DNA of 64,000 bases from an uncultured Gammaproteobacteria bacterium (GCA_963731465.1 CAVSVK010000013.1:246897-310896), one strand, 5' to 3'; shown: positions 47,539 through 57,929, counted from the stretch's first letter. The notes: generated from the sequence alone by a model not told the origin. A program made the numbers and translations.

Positions 47539-49740
47539 ATGAGCAACGACCTGTCCTCACCCCCCCGAATCGAGCGACGCGCATTCCTGAAAGGCGCCGG
47601 TGCCGCATCGATCACGGCACTGACCATTGGGTTTGAATGGAGCGGCTCGCAGAGCGCGCACGCCCTCTCCGCACCGGTCAATCCGGCCCCATTTGCCCCC
47701 AACGCCTTCGTCAGAATCGGGTCCGACAACAGCATCACCGTCATTTCCAAGCATGTCGAACTGGGCCAAGGCGCCTATACCGGGCTCGCGACGGTGCTTG
47801 CGGAAGAACTCGATGCAGATTGGGCCCAGGTGCGGGTCGAGAGTGCGCCTGCTGACGCGACACGCTACGCCAATCTTGCCTTCGGCAAGATCCAGGGGAC
47901 CGGCGGCAGTTCCGCGATCGCCAATTCCTGGCCGCAGCTGCGCGACGCGGGAGCCAAAGCACGCGCGATGCTGCTGAGCGCGGCCGCGATTGAATGGCGC
48001 GTACCCGTCGGGGAACTGAGCGTCGAGAAAAGCGTGATCTACCACAACGCCAGCAAGCGCCAGGCGACTTTCGGCTCGCTCGTGAAAAGGGCCTCGGCAT
48101 TGCCGGTGCCGCAAACCGTACAGCTCAAGGATCCAAAGGACTTCAAGCTCATCGGCCAGCGGCTGCCGCGGGTTGACGTGGCGGCCAAGTGCGACGGCAG
48201 CGCGCAATTCACCATCGACGTCGAGATGCCTGGAATGTTGATCGCGCTGCTGAAACGATCGCCGCTGTTCGGTGGTACGGTCAAATCCTTTGACGGCGCC
48301 GCGGCCATGCGCGTGCCCGGTGTGGTCAAGGTCGTGCAGGTGCCTCGTGGTGTCGCCGTGGTTGCGAAGAGCTTCTGGGCCGCCAAACAAGGCCGCGATG
48401 CTCTGCAGGTCGACTGGGACGATTCAAATGCCGAGAAGCGCAGCTCCGCGGCGATGATGGATGAGTTTCGGCGCCTCGCCGATCAGCCGGCGCTGCCGGC
48501 GCGCAGAGAGGGCGATGCCAGGAAGGCCATCGGCGATGCGGCCCGCAAGGTATCGGCCAGCTTCGAATTTCCTTATCTTGCGCATGCGCCGATGGAACCG
48601 CTCGCGGCCGTGGTCAAACTGGATGCCCGGAGCTGCCAGATTTGGACGGGCGATCAATTTCAAACCATCGATCAGATGAACGCCGCGCACACGGCGGGGC
48701 TGGAGCCCGGCCAGGTGAGCATTCATACCCTGTATGGCGGCGGCAGCTTCGGTCGGCGTGCCAATACGGTTTCGGACTACATCGTCGAGGCGGTCTCGAT
48801 TGCCAAGGCATACGGCGCGGATGGCACACCGATCAAGCTGCAATGGACTCGCGAGGACGATATTCACGGCGGATTTTACCGCCCCATGTACTTCCATAAG
48901 CTGGAAGCCGGACTGAACGCGCAAAACGAACTCACCGGATGGCACCACGTCATCGTCGGTCAATCCATCATGGCCGGCACGATTTTCGCCGCGGGAATGA
49001 AGGATGGCATCGACTCAACCTCGGTGGAAGGCGCGGCGAACATTGCCTACGCCATTCCCAATATTGCCGTCGACTTGTCGACGACCAAGGCAGGCGTTCC
49101 GGTACTGTGGTGGCGCGTGGTCGGCAGCTCGCACACCACCTTCGCCGTCGAGGCCTTTATCGATGAGGTCGCGCGCGCCGCCGGCGCAGATCCCTACGCC
49201 TTCCGGCGCAAGCTGCTCGAACACGAGCCGCGCATGAAGGCCGTGCTCGATCTCGCCGCCGAGAAGGCCGGGTGGACATCCGGACCTCTCCCCAAGGGCA
49301 GAGGCCGCGGCATCGCGGTGTGCGAAGCGTTCAAATCGTACGTGGCGCAAGTGGCCGAGGTGAGCGTCGATGACGCAGGACGGGTCAAGGTCGATCGGGT
49401 GGTTTGCGCCGTTGACTGCGGCACGGCGGTCAATCCGGATATCATCAAAGCACAAATGGAAGGCGGCATCGGTTTCGGCCTCGGTGCGGCATTGTACGGC
49501 GCGATCACCTTGAAGGACGGCCATGTCGAGCAGAGCAACTTCAATGACTATCGCGTATTGCGCATGAACGAAGCGCCGAAGGTGGAGGTCTACATCGTGC
49601 CCTCAAAGGAAAAGCCGACCGGCGTGGGCGAGCCCGGCGTTGCGCCCGTGGGTCCTGCGGTGGCAAACGCCATTTTTGCCGCGGCCGGAAAGCGCGTGTA
49701 TGTCTTTCCCCTTGCCAATGGCGAAGCTGCCAGGAGTTAG
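47539..49740 (+). CDS. Molybdopterin-binding large subunit (IorB / xanthine dehydrogenase family), Tat signal
   Basis: RRAFLKGAGAASI leader. 733 aa with typical XDH-family blocks (GGGFGRR-like GGGSFGRRAN; VCAVDCGTAVNP). Confidence 0.9.
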   Translation: MSNDLSSPPRIERRAFLKGAGAASITALTIGFEWSGSQSAHALSAPVNPAPFAPNAFVRIGSDNSITVISKHVELGQGAYTGLATVLAEELDADWAQVRVESAPADATRYANLAFGKIQGTGGSSAIANSWPQLRDAGAKARAMLLSAAAIEWRVPVGELSVEKSVIYHNASKRQATFGSLVKRASALPVPQTVQLKDPKDFKLIGQRLPRVDVAAKCDGSAQFTIDVEMPGMLIALLKRSPLFGGTVKSFDGAAAMRVPGVVKVVQVPRGVAVVAKSFWAAKQGRDALQVDWDDSNAEKRSSAAMMDEFRRLADQPALPARREGDARKAIGDAARKVSASFEFPYLAHAPMEPLAAVVKLDARSCQIWTGDQFQTIDQMNAAHTAGLEPGQVSIHTLYGGGSFGRRANTVSDYIVEAVSIAKAYGADGTPIKLQWTREDDIHGGFYRPMYFHKLEAGLNAQNELTGWHHVIVGQSIMAGTIFAAGMKDGIDSTSVEGAANIAYAIPNIAVDLSTTKAGVPVLWWRVVGSSHTTFAVEAFIDEVARAAGADPYAFRRKLLEHEPRMKAVLDLAAEKAGWTSGPLPKGRGRGIAVCEAFKSYVAQVAEVSVDDAGRVKVDRVVCAVDCGTAVNPDIIKAQMEGGIGFGLGAALYGAITLKDGHVEQSNFNDYRVLRMNEAPKVEVYIVPSKEKPTGVGEPGVAPVGPAVANAIFAAAGKRVYVFPLANGEAARS

Positions 49741-49746
49741 GCCCTC

Positions 49747-51102
49747 ATGAATGCAACGCCCCCGAAAAAAGCGCGTCCGGTGCTGTGGACGCTCGCGGCA
49801 TTTGCGGCCGTTCTCATCGTCATCGGCGCCTATGTCGTGTTCGGCCCTCATGCAACCGATTTTGCCGGCGGCAAACGCGTCGCGCTCGCGGTCTACCCCG
49901 GGGCAGACCCTACCGGCGTGCCGGCGGAACTCAAAACCGCGAGCCAGATTGAACGCGGCGAGTACTTGGCCCGCGCCGCCGACTGTGTCGTTTGCCACAG
50001 CGCCAAGGACGGCGCACCGTTTGCCGGCGGCCGCGCCTTCGTGTTGCCCTTCGGAACCATTTTCTCCACGAACATCACGCCGGATAAAGACACGGGCATC
50101 GGCGGCTACAGCGATGCGAACTTCTTGGACGTCATGCACCGGGGCATCAGACCGGGCAACGTTAGACTTTATCCGGCAATGCCCTATGCCAGTTACACCT
50201 ACATGTCCGATGCCGACGCGCTGGCCATCAAGGCCTATCTCTTTTCGTTGCAGCCCGTGCACGCCCCCGCGCCGCAAAATGCGCTGAGTTTTCCGTTCAA
50301 TCAACGCGGCCTCATGAGCCTGTGGTCGGCCTTTTTTAATCCGGACCGGCGCTATGAGCCGAACGTCGGTCAAAGTCCGGAGTGGAATCGAGGCGCGTAT
50401 CTTGCGGAAGCGATGGCGCATTGCGGCGAATGCCACACGCCGCGCAATCCCGCCTTTGCGCTCAACAATCGGCAGAAATTCGCGGGCGCCGTGCAGGCGG
50501 GCTGGCATGCCTACAACATCACTGCGGATCACGCGAGCGGAGTGGGTTCGTGGAGCGATGTGGACCTCGCGCACTATCTGTCCATGGGGCATGCCGATGG
50601 CCGCGGCACCGCCGCGGGCCCGATGGGCGAGGCCGTCGACGAAAGTTTGAGTTACCTAAAGCCTAGCGATATCGCCGCGATCGTCACCTATTTGCGCTCG
50701 GTGCCTGCGATGGCGAGCTCCGATCTTCCCGAACCCAGGCAGAACGCGGCACCCGCCCTGTTCACCGACAACGCAGCGCCGGGCGAAGCACACGGCAAAG
50801 CGGTTTATGCCGGCGCCTGCGCCGGTTGCCACGGCTGGACCGGCGTAAGCTTGGGTTTTCCATTCGCGACCTTGACCGGTACCCGAGGCGTTAACGACGC
50901 GACCGCCATCAACGTGGCGCAGGTGATCATCGGCGGCGGCCAACGGCACCTCATGGGCGATACGAACAACATGCCGGCCTTCGGCAGCACCTACTCGGAT
51001 GCGGAAATCGCCAGCGTTGCGAACTATGTCACCGCCCGCTTCGGCGCCAAGGGTTCGGAATTGACGGCGGCTGAAGTGGCAAAACTGCGCAATGAGCAAT
51101 AA
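49747..51102 (+). CDS. Membrane-anchored triheme cytochrome c subunit
   Basis: Three CxxCH motifs (CVVCH, CGECH, CAGCH) and an N-terminal TM helix. Confidence 0.9.
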   Translation: MNATPPKKARPVLWTLAAFAAVLIVIGAYVVFGPHATDFAGGKRVALAVYPGADPTGVPAELKTASQIERGEYLARAADCVVCHSAKDGAPFAGGRAFVLPFGTIFSTNITPDKDTGIGGYSDANFLDVMHRGIRPGNVRLYPAMPYASYTYMSDADALAIKAYLFSLQPVHAPAPQNALSFPFNQRGLMSLWSAFFNPDRRYEPNVGQSPEWNRGAYLAEAMAHCGECHTPRNPAFALNNRQKFAGAVQAGWHAYNITADHASGVGSWSDVDLAHYLSMGHADGRGTAAGPMGEAVDESLSYLKPSDIAAIVTYLRSVPAMASSDLPEPRQNAAPALFTDNAAPGEAHGKAVYAGACAGCHGWTGVSLGFPFATLTGTRGVNDATAINVAQVIIGGGQRHLMGDTNNMPAFGSTYSDAEIASVANYVTARFGAKGSELTAAEVAKLRNEQ

Positions 51103-51104
51103 GG

Positions 51105-51135
51105 AAGAGCGAGTCTAAGGACTCGCCGTTTGCGG
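51105..51135. terminator. Possible bidirectional terminator hairpin between convergent genes
   Basis: Stem GCGAGTC (51109-51115), loop TAAG, stem GACTCGC (51120-51126). Followed by CGTTTG on the plus strand and TCTTCCTTATT on the minus strand. Short stem, weak U-tract. Confidence 0.35.
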
Positions 51136-51594
51136 CTCCGAGTCGATGCCCTGCACCAGCGAGTTGGTTTGGCGAAGACGGGCCTCGAGCACGCTCAAGC
51201 TGCGGCTGGCCAAAGCCGAAATCTCCGGGTCCTTGATTCTTTGACCGCGCTTGAAAAGAGTGATGGCGCGTTCATGGTTGTCGATCATTCTGCCGGTATA
51301 GGCAAGATCAAAATCCCGGCCGTTTTTCTGCCGCATCCGCTCGATGAGCTGTTGGTGCTCATCGTCGAGCGAATTCGGCACTGCCAATGCTCGGCGCGCC
51401 GCCACTCTGGCGATGTCTGCCGTGGCCTTCTCGTAAACCTCGATCATGGCGTGCGCGAAATGCCGCAGCGATTCGGTATGGCCCCGCTCCAGCGCCAGTC
51501 GCCCGAGCTGCATTTCCGTCATGCACTCGAGTCCGGCGCTCGCGATGAATTTCTCGGGTGCAATGCTCTCGAGAACGATTTCCTGACGCCTCAT
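51115..51594 (-). CDS. DUF4142-like four-helix protein
   Basis: EMQLGRLALERG...FAHAMIEVYEKA...DFDLAYTGRMIDNHERAI pattern. No signal peptide seen. Confidence 0.65.
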   Translation of the reverse strand: MRRQEIVLESIAPEKFIASAGLECMTEMQLGRLALERGHTESLRHFAHAMIEVYEKATADIARVAARRALAVPNSLDDEHQQLIERMRQKNGRDFDLAYTGRMIDNHERAITLFKRGQRIKDPEISALASRSLSVLEARLRQTNSLVQGIDSEPQTASP

Positions 51595-51795
51595 GAAGAT
51601 CCTGCTGATTAATTAAAATAAGCCGTCTGCGCCGGCCCTGAACAGCAGTTTCAACGGGTTTGTTCGGGCGCGATATCCCCCGCCCGTGCTGCATGTTTGT
51701 GGGAATAACGGAGCAAGACCTGTAAGAAAATGGGAACTTTCCGCGGCGCTTGCGTTGCGTCGCGGGTCGCGGGCGTGCTAAATCCACAATCACGA

Positions 51796-52501
51796 ATGAC
51801 GGCCTTTGAAACAGCGATCGACGAACAGGACGGGGTACTGTCCGGCCCGTTGCGCGCGCCGAAGCAAATGCTGGCGGAGCAGGATTACGATGGCCACACT
51901 TCCATACACGATAGCGCTATTGCACAAAAGCTGGGTTTCAAGGGCGCGACGATCGAAGGTCCCACGCATTTCAGTCAATTCGCGCCGCTGGGTTTCGCGC
52001 TGTGGGGCGATGTCTGGCTGCGCCGCGGCTGCATTTCGGCGCATTACCGCGCGCCGGTGTATGAAGGTGAGGGAGGTCAAGGCCTTCATGCGGCGCCCGG
52101 AAAATGGCGGCGCCAAGAGCGAAATCTGGCTGTTGCGCGCGAATGGCGACGAGATCTTGCGCGGCACGGCCTCGGTTGGCCCCGACTTTCCTCATTCGGC
52201 GCTCGATGAACGGCTGAGGGCTCTCGCGCCGCTTGCTGATCCTGTCATCCTCGCCGATGTCAAAGTCGGCATGCGCTCGCCGCGCACGCCCGTGCGGGGG
52301 CCCGCCGTGGGATTGTTTGCCGATCAGGAGATTCGCCTGCTCGACGGTCCGGTCCTGGTCAGCGAGCCCTACGATGTCGAACGTGAAGTCGTCGCGCTGA
52401 GCGGCAGCCGCCGCACCGAAAGCGTGTGGGTACGCTCAACGCTGTTTGCCCCTACGCCCCGCTACGCCGAGGAACATGCCGCGCTCTACGGCCAGGCCTG
52501 A
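51796..52501 (+). pseudogene. MaoC-like (hot-dog fold) dehydratase gene interrupted by a 1-nt frameshift near 52069-52076
   Basis: Frame 1 reads ...ISAHYRAPVYEGE then junk. Frame 2 continues (E)VKAFMRRPENGGAKSEIWLLRANGDEILRGTASVG to 52501. Removing one G from GAGGGAGG restores YEGEEVKAF. Confidence 0.6.
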
Positions 52502-52550
52502 GGCCACGAGCGACGCCCCGCGGACCTGGCCCGGGGGGAGCCCGCCAACA

Positions 52551-52566
52551 AGTGACTAAAGTCACT
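52551..52566. promoter_or_regulatory. Palindromic operator candidate, copy 1 (AGTGACTAAAGTCACT)
   Basis: Dyad GTGAC-N4-GTCAC, 62 nt upstream of the GTG start of the response regulator at 52628. Confidence 0.5.
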
Positions 52567-52627
52567 TCCATTCGACGCCCCACGGGACGCATGATCTTGG
52601 TATGAGCTGCTTTGAAGGATCTGATCC

Positions 52628-53362
52628 GTGACGAGCGCCGCGGAAGCTTCTCTTTCGGTAATTCGTATTGTGATTGCCGAAGACCAGGCTCTGGTGCGTC
52701 GCGGTGCCGCCCTGCTGTTATCGATGGAGCCTGACATGGAGGTCGTGGGTCAGGCCTGCAACGGCGTCGAAGCCGTCGAGCTGAGCCAGTTGCTGCGTCC
52801 GGACGTGGTGCTGATGGATTTGCACATGCCCGTCAAGGGCGGCGTGGTTGCAACTCGAGAAATTACGCGCGCGCTCCCGGACACTCAGGTTCTCGTGTTA
52901 ACCACTCTGGACGATGATGAAACCGTGTTTGAAGCCGTGCGCGCGGGCGCGCAGGCCTATCTGCTCAAAGACGCGGCGGAAAACGAACTCCTCGAAACCA
53001 TCCGCGCGTTAAAGCGCGGCGAATCGCGTCTCACCCCGCAAATCGCGCGCAAAGTGATGGATCAGTTCCGCCGCCTCGCGCAAACCGGAAAATCCGACCC
53101 GGCAGCTGCGGTCGCATCGGCACCGTTTGAGGCGAACCGGCCAAATGCCAATGCGACGCCCGGAGCGGAAGTGCTGACGGAAAAGGAGGAAAAGGTGCTC
53201 GAGTTAATCGCCGAAGGCATGAGCAACCGGCAGATCGGCGGCGCCTTATTTCTGGCCGAGGGAACGGTCAAGAACTACGTGAGTCGCATCATGGAGAAGC
53301 TGCATGCCAATACCCGAACCGAGCTCGCGATACTCTCGCAAAGGCAGCGGCACGCGGAATAA
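52628..53362 (+). CDS. NarL/FixJ (LuxR HTH) family response regulator, no adjacent histidine kinase
   Basis: Receiver IVIAEDQALVR...DVVLMDLHMP, about 30-aa linker, LTEKEEKVLELIAEGMSNRQIGGALFLAEGTVKNYVSRIMEKL. Confidence 0.9.
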   Translation: MTSAAEASLSVIRIVIAEDQALVRRGAALLLSMEPDMEVVGQACNGVEAVELSQLLRPDVVLMDLHMPVKGGVVATREITRALPDTQVLVLTTLDDDETVFEAVRAGAQAYLLKDAAENELLETIRALKRGESRLTPQIARKVMDQFRRLAQTGKSDPAAAVASAPFEANRPNANATPGAEVLTEKEEKVLELIAEGMSNRQIGGALFLAEGTVKNYVSRIMEKLHANTRTELAILSQRQRHAE

Positions 53363-53379
53363 AAAGTGACTTCGACGCG

Positions 53380-54738
53380 TTAGGGAGGACTCTTCTCGTC
53401 TGTCACTTCGGCGCCGGGTGTGACACCGATCTGATAATTGAGATCCGACGCGCGCATCAGCACATCATACCGCGCCGCTGTCTCATCGATCTGCGCGGAG
53501 GTCAGCGCCAGCTGGGCCTGGCTGAGTTCGACTATTGAGCTGCTGCCCGCTTTGTAACGCGCGTCCGCAAGCTCGTACGCCGTGCCGGCGTAGCGGCTCA
53601 GCTGGCCGGCGGCGCGCAAACGCTGGCGTGCATTGTTGAGGTTCAACCAGGCGATGCGCACGTCCCGGCTGACATTGTCTTCCGCCGTGCGCAAGTTCTC
53701 CACGGCAGCTTTGGCGCGCAGTTCCGCCTCACGCTGGCGCGCCTGATACAGGCCGCCGGCGAACAGCGGCACGCTCACCTGTATGCCGCCGGCGCTGTAG
53801 TTGTCCGGCAGTCGCGAATCGTGCCAGGGAGCATTGCCGGCTGCTACGACGGCGGAAATGGTCGGCAGCCGTGCATCCCGCTGCGATCGCGCCTGATGTT
53901 GCACCGCATCTCGTGTATCTCTCAGGCTCGCGAGTTCAGGTCGATTCTGCAAGGCCTGCTCCGTCAGCGCTGAAATATCCTCGGTTGCCGGCAGCGGCAC
54001 CGTCGTTTCATCCGCGAGAGTGAAGCGGTGTTGATCGCGGTAACCGAGAGCTGTGGACAGAGCCGCGAGAGCTGATTCTGCATTGTTGTCCGCCCTGAGC
54101 ACCAATAAGTGCGCATCCTCGAGCGCCACCTGGGCAAAGCTCGTATCCAAGTCGGACTTGAGTTTGTTCTGGGCCAGAACGCTCACCCGATCCACGAGAA
54201 GCTGGCGCGTGTTGAGCGTTTGCCGCGCAACATTTTCGATCGCTTGCGCCTCCAGGGCGGCAAAATAATTGCGGTCCACCTCGAGCAGAACCTGCGCCCG
54301 CGTCGCCAGAGCGTTCTGATCCGCAGCGCTCGCTGAGAGCTTTGCGCCCGCCGCCAGATTGGAAGTGCGGCCAAAGTCGGTAATAAGCTGGCTGACTCCG
54401 GCGCCGAAGGCGGTGCGGCTGAAAACCGAGGGGTTGTTGAGCCCTCCCGCCATGATGCGCGTATTGTCCGAATCGGCGTGAACCGAGGTGCCGTAGACGT
54501 TTACCTGCGGCAACAGCCCCGAGCGGGCCTGCACGAAGACCTGCTGCTCAGCCTGAGCGCGGTAACCTGCTGCGGCGATGTCCGGATGGTTCTGCAATGC
54601 GAGTCCGCGAGCCTGCGCCAGAGTCAGGGGTTCGGCGGTGTCCGGCGCGATCGACGGCGTCGGCTCTTGGGCTGTCGCGGATCCGCCGCCGCACGTGAAG
54701 GCGGTCAGCGCCGCCACCATGGCTAACGCCAGTCTCAT
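53380..54738 (-). CDS. TolC-family outer-membrane efflux protein
   Basis: Signal peptide, duplicated OMF repeat structure. ATGA overlap with the RND gene. Confidence 0.9.
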   Translation of the reverse strand: MRLALAMVAALTAFTCGGGSATAQEPTPSIAPDTAEPLTLAQARGLALQNHPDIAAAGYRAQAEQQVFVQARSGLLPQVNVYGTSVHADSDNTRIMAGGLNNPSVFSRTAFGAGVSQLITDFGRTSNLAAGAKLSASAADQNALATRAQVLLEVDRNYFAALEAQAIENVARQTLNTRQLLVDRVSVLAQNKLKSDLDTSFAQVALEDAHLLVLRADNNAESALAALSTALGYRDQHRFTLADETTVPLPATEDISALTEQALQNRPELASLRDTRDAVQHQARSQRDARLPTISAVVAAGNAPWHDSRLPDNYSAGGIQVSVPLFAGGLYQARQREAELRAKAAVENLRTAEDNVSRDVRIAWLNLNNARQRLRAAGQLSRYAGTAYELADARYKAGSSSIVELSQAQLALTSAQIDETAARYDVLMRASDLNYQIGVTPGAEVTDEKSPP

Positions 54739-57700
54739 GGGGCGTGCCGCTCCTCGCGGCGGTGGACGAGGTAGTACGCGGCCGGGACGATGAACACCGT
54801 CAGGACCACCGACACCGCCAGTCCGCCGATGATGGCCCGAGCCAGCGGCGCGTAGGCTTCCGCGCCGGTGCCGAGCTTCAGCGCCAAAGGAATGAGCCCG
54901 ATCAGGGTCGCGAGCGAAGTCATCAGCACCGGCCGCAGACGCACGCGGCAGGCGAGCGAGACCGCCTCGCGCAGCGGGTAATTTTGGGCGCGCAGACGGT
55001 TTGTGAATTCCACAATGAGGATGCTGTTGGAAACCACGATCCCGACCATCATCACCACTCCCATCAGCGACATGACATTGAGCGTGGTCCCGGTCAGGAA
55101 CAACGTGAGCAACGCGCCGGTGAGTCCGGTGGGAATCGCCAGCAGAATCAACAGCGGATCGAGAAACGATTTGAACTGGGCGACGAGGACCAGGTACACC
55201 AGAAGGGTTGCAAGGATCAAACCAAATCCAAACGCGGCGAAGGAGGCGTTCATGGCCTGGACCGAGCCGCGGATTTTAACCCGCACGCCCTCAGGCAGCT
55301 TTATTCCTTGAATGATTTGTTCGACGCCGCTCAATACACCACTCAAGTCCTCGCCCTTCGGCGATACATACACGTCCATTTCACGCCGCAGCTGGTAGTG
55401 ATCGACTTCCGTCGGCGACTCGATATGAGTGAGGCTGCTGACGGTATTGAGCTGTGCGGTGAGCGGCGCATTGGAACTGCGCAGCGGCATGGCCTGCAAA
55501 TCCGTGAGATTGTGAATGTAGCCTTCAGGATATTGCACCGTCAACAGATAGTCGTTGCCGCTCTTCGGATCGACCCAGTAGCTCGGCGCGATCATGGCAT
55601 TGGAAGTGAGCGCCGTGATGACGTTGCCGACCACCTCTTTTTCGCTCAGCCCCAGTTCGCTCGCGCGCTCCCGGTCGATATTGAGCTGCAACGCCGGGTA
55701 GTCGATGTCCTGGGGCAGCAGCACATCGCTGACCTCGCGAAGGGCACGCGACTCGCGCAAGATGCGCGTTGCCACCTGATGCGTGGCACTCATATTCGTG
55801 CCGCTCACCTGCACATCGATTGGCGCGGGCAATCCGAGGTTCAGCACCGCGTCCACCAAGCCCCCGGTCTGAAAATATGCGCTCAGCTCGGGCAGCTGCT
55901 GGCTCAGCCGCGCGCGCACCCGATCCATGTAGGCAAAGCTCGAAAGCGAGTGATCCTCCTCGAGACCCACCTGCACAAACGCGGTGTGCGGACCGGAGTT
56001 CGGCGTGTAGATGGAGGAGAAGCCCGGCGTCGTGCCGATATTGGACACCAGGATTTTGAGTTCCTTGCGCGGCACGACGTCGCGCACGATCTGCTCGACC
56101 TTCGCCACCAGCTGGTTGGTGATCTCCAGCCGTGTGCCGGCAGGAGCCTTCAAATTGATCACGAACTGGCTTGGATCGGTTCGCGGGAAATAGGCCTTGC
56201 CAATCAATGGGTACAGTCCAAGCGAGACGATGAATATCCCGGTGATACCCAGCACGGTAGCCGCCGGCCGCAGCAGCGCCCTCGCCAGTGTGTTTTCGTA
56301 GCGATTGAGCATGCCTGTAAAGAGGTGGTTGAAGCGCTGATTGAAGCGCCGTCCCCATCCGGCCGTGCCCTTCGGCAATGGCGGCAGCGTGAGCGTCGTG
56401 TGCGCCGGGCTGTCGTCCGGCAGAATTTCCTGAACTTCGATCTCGTGCGCCTCAACCTGGTGCGCCCGGATCCAGCGTGCACAAAACAGCGGCACCACGG
56501 TCATGGCGACGAAATAGGAGGCCACCAGCGACAGCACGACCGAAAGTGCCAGCGCGGTAAACAGAAATCGGCTCACGCCATACAGAAAGATCACCGGGAA
56601 GAAAACGATCGCCGTGGTAAGCGTGGCCGCCAGCACCGGCAATTGCACCTCCGCGCCACCGCGCTCCGCCGCCTCCTCGGGCGGTTCGCCCAGCTCCATG
56701 TGTCGAAAAATGTTTTCCAGCACCACCACGGAATTGTCGATGAGGCGCGAGAACGCGAGTGCCAGGCCTCCGAGGATCATGGTATTGATCGTGCCGCCAC
56801 CGAAAGAAAGCGCGATGAAGGCGGCGAGCGCCGAGAGCGGTATCGAGAGGAACACGGCAGCAGTGGCACGCAGGCTGCCCAGGAAAACGAGAATCATGAT
56901 GCCGGTGAGCGCAAGACCGATCACGCCCTCGTGGATCAGGTTCTCAATGGCATTGCGCACGAACTGCGACTGATCGAACACCACCGAAGCGATGAGCTGC
57001 TTGGGAACATCCAGCAGGTTTTCCACGCCGTGACGGATTCCATCGACCACTGCGATGGTATTGGCATCACCGCCCTGCTTGAGCACCGGCAGGTACACCG
57101 AGGGCTGTCCGTCGACGCGCACGATGTTGTATTGGATCTGCGCCGCATCCTGCGCCTTGCCGACATCGGCCACCAAGACCGAGGCATTCCCCACGGTCTT
57201 GAGCGGCACGCGGTCGATGTCGTCCATGGCATTGATTTGGCTGTTGGCGTAGAGGTTGTAGTCATAGGGTCCGATCTTCACATCACCGGCCGGCAGGATG
57301 AGATTGGCTTCATTGACCGCGCGCACCACATCCATGACGCTCAGCTGATGGGCTTGCAACTTGAGCGGATCGACATACACCATGATCTGGCGATAGCGCC
57401 CGCCGAAGGGCTGGGGCACCGAGGCACCCGGAACACCGGCGATCTGATTGCGCACGTCGTATTGCCCAAGATCCCGCAGCCGCGCCTCGTTCAGCCCCGC
57501 TCCTTTGAGCGTGACCAGGCAAACCGGCAGGCTGGAGGCGTCGAACTTCAAGACCACCGGCGGCAGGGTTCCCGGGGGCAGCTTGCGCAAGTCCGCCACG
57601 GCCAGGTTGGCAATGCTGGTCACGGCGGAGTCGGCATCGAACCCCGGCTGGAAGTAGACCTTGATCAGGCTCACCCCGGGCAGTGAGCGCGATTCAATAT

Positions 57701-57929
57701 GATCGACTCCGCTGGCAAGCGTGAAGAACCGCTCGAAGCGGCCGGTGATATCGGTTTCGATCTGTTCCGGGGGCATACCGGCGAAGAATGTGGCCACGAC
57801 GACGACCGGGATGCGGATCGGGGGAAATAAATCCACCGGCATTCGGACCACGCTCGTGGAGCCGACCACGCAGGTGATGAGACACAGCACGATGATGAAA
57901 TACGGAAAGCGCAGAGCGAAACGCGACAT
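54735..57929 (-). CDS. RND efflux transporter permease (AcrB/HAE1-like)
   Basis: 1064 aa. N-terminus RFALRFPYFIIVLCLI...VDLFPPI; 12-TM pattern with two large loops. Confidence 0.9.
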   Translation of the reverse strand: MSRFALRFPYFIIVLCLITCVVGSTSVVRMPVDLFPPIRIPVVVVATFFAGMPPEQIETDITGRFERFFTLASGVDHIESRSLPGVSLIKVYFQPGFDADSAVTSIANLAVADLRKLPPGTLPPVVLKFDASSLPVCLVTLKGAGLNEARLRDLGQYDVRNQIAGVPGASVPQPFGGRYRQIMVYVDPLKLQAHQLSVMDVVRAVNEANLILPAGDVKIGPYDYNLYANSQINAMDDIDRVPLKTVGNASVLVADVGKAQDAAQIQYNIVRVDGQPSVYLPVLKQGGDANTIAVVDGIRHGVENLLDVPKQLIASVVFDQSQFVRNAIENLIHEGVIGLALTGIMILVFLGSLRATAAVFLSIPLSALAAFIALSFGGGTINTMILGGLALAFSRLIDNSVVVLENIFRHMELGEPPEEAAERGGAEVQLPVLAATLTTAIVFFPVIFLYGVSRFLFTALALSVVLSLVASYFVAMTVVPLFCARWIRAHQVEAHEIEVQEILPDDSPAHTTLTLPPLPKGTAGWGRRFNQRFNHLFTGMLNRYENTLARALLRPAATVLGITGIFIVSLGLYPLIGKAYFPRTDPSQFVINLKAPAGTRLEITNQLVAKVEQIVRDVVPRKELKILVSNIGTTPGFSSIYTPNSGPHTAFVQVGLEEDHSLSSFAYMDRVRARLSQQLPELSAYFQTGGLVDAVLNLGLPAPIDVQVSGTNMSATHQVATRILRESRALREVSDVLLPQDIDYPALQLNIDRERASELGLSEKEVVGNVITALTSNAMIAPSYWVDPKSGNDYLLTVQYPEGYIHNLTDLQAMPLRSSNAPLTAQLNTVSSLTHIESPTEVDHYQLRREMDVYVSPKGEDLSGVLSGVEQIIQGIKLPEGVRVKIRGSVQAMNASFAAFGFGLILATLLVYLVLVAQFKSFLDPLLILLAIPTGLTGALLTLFLTGTTLNVMSLMGVVMMVGIVVSNSILIVEFTNRLRAQNYPLREAVSLACRVRLRPVLMTSLATLIGLIPLALKLGTGAEAYAPLARAIIGGLAVSVVLTVFIVPAAYYLVHRREERHAP

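Noticed and set aside
54744-57686. 980-aa ORF on the plus strand, opposite the RND pump gene
   Set aside because: The translation is Arg/His/Gly/Asp-rich with no recognisable motif. It mirrors a strongly supported gene on the other strand. This is a typical antisense open frame of GC-rich DNA.
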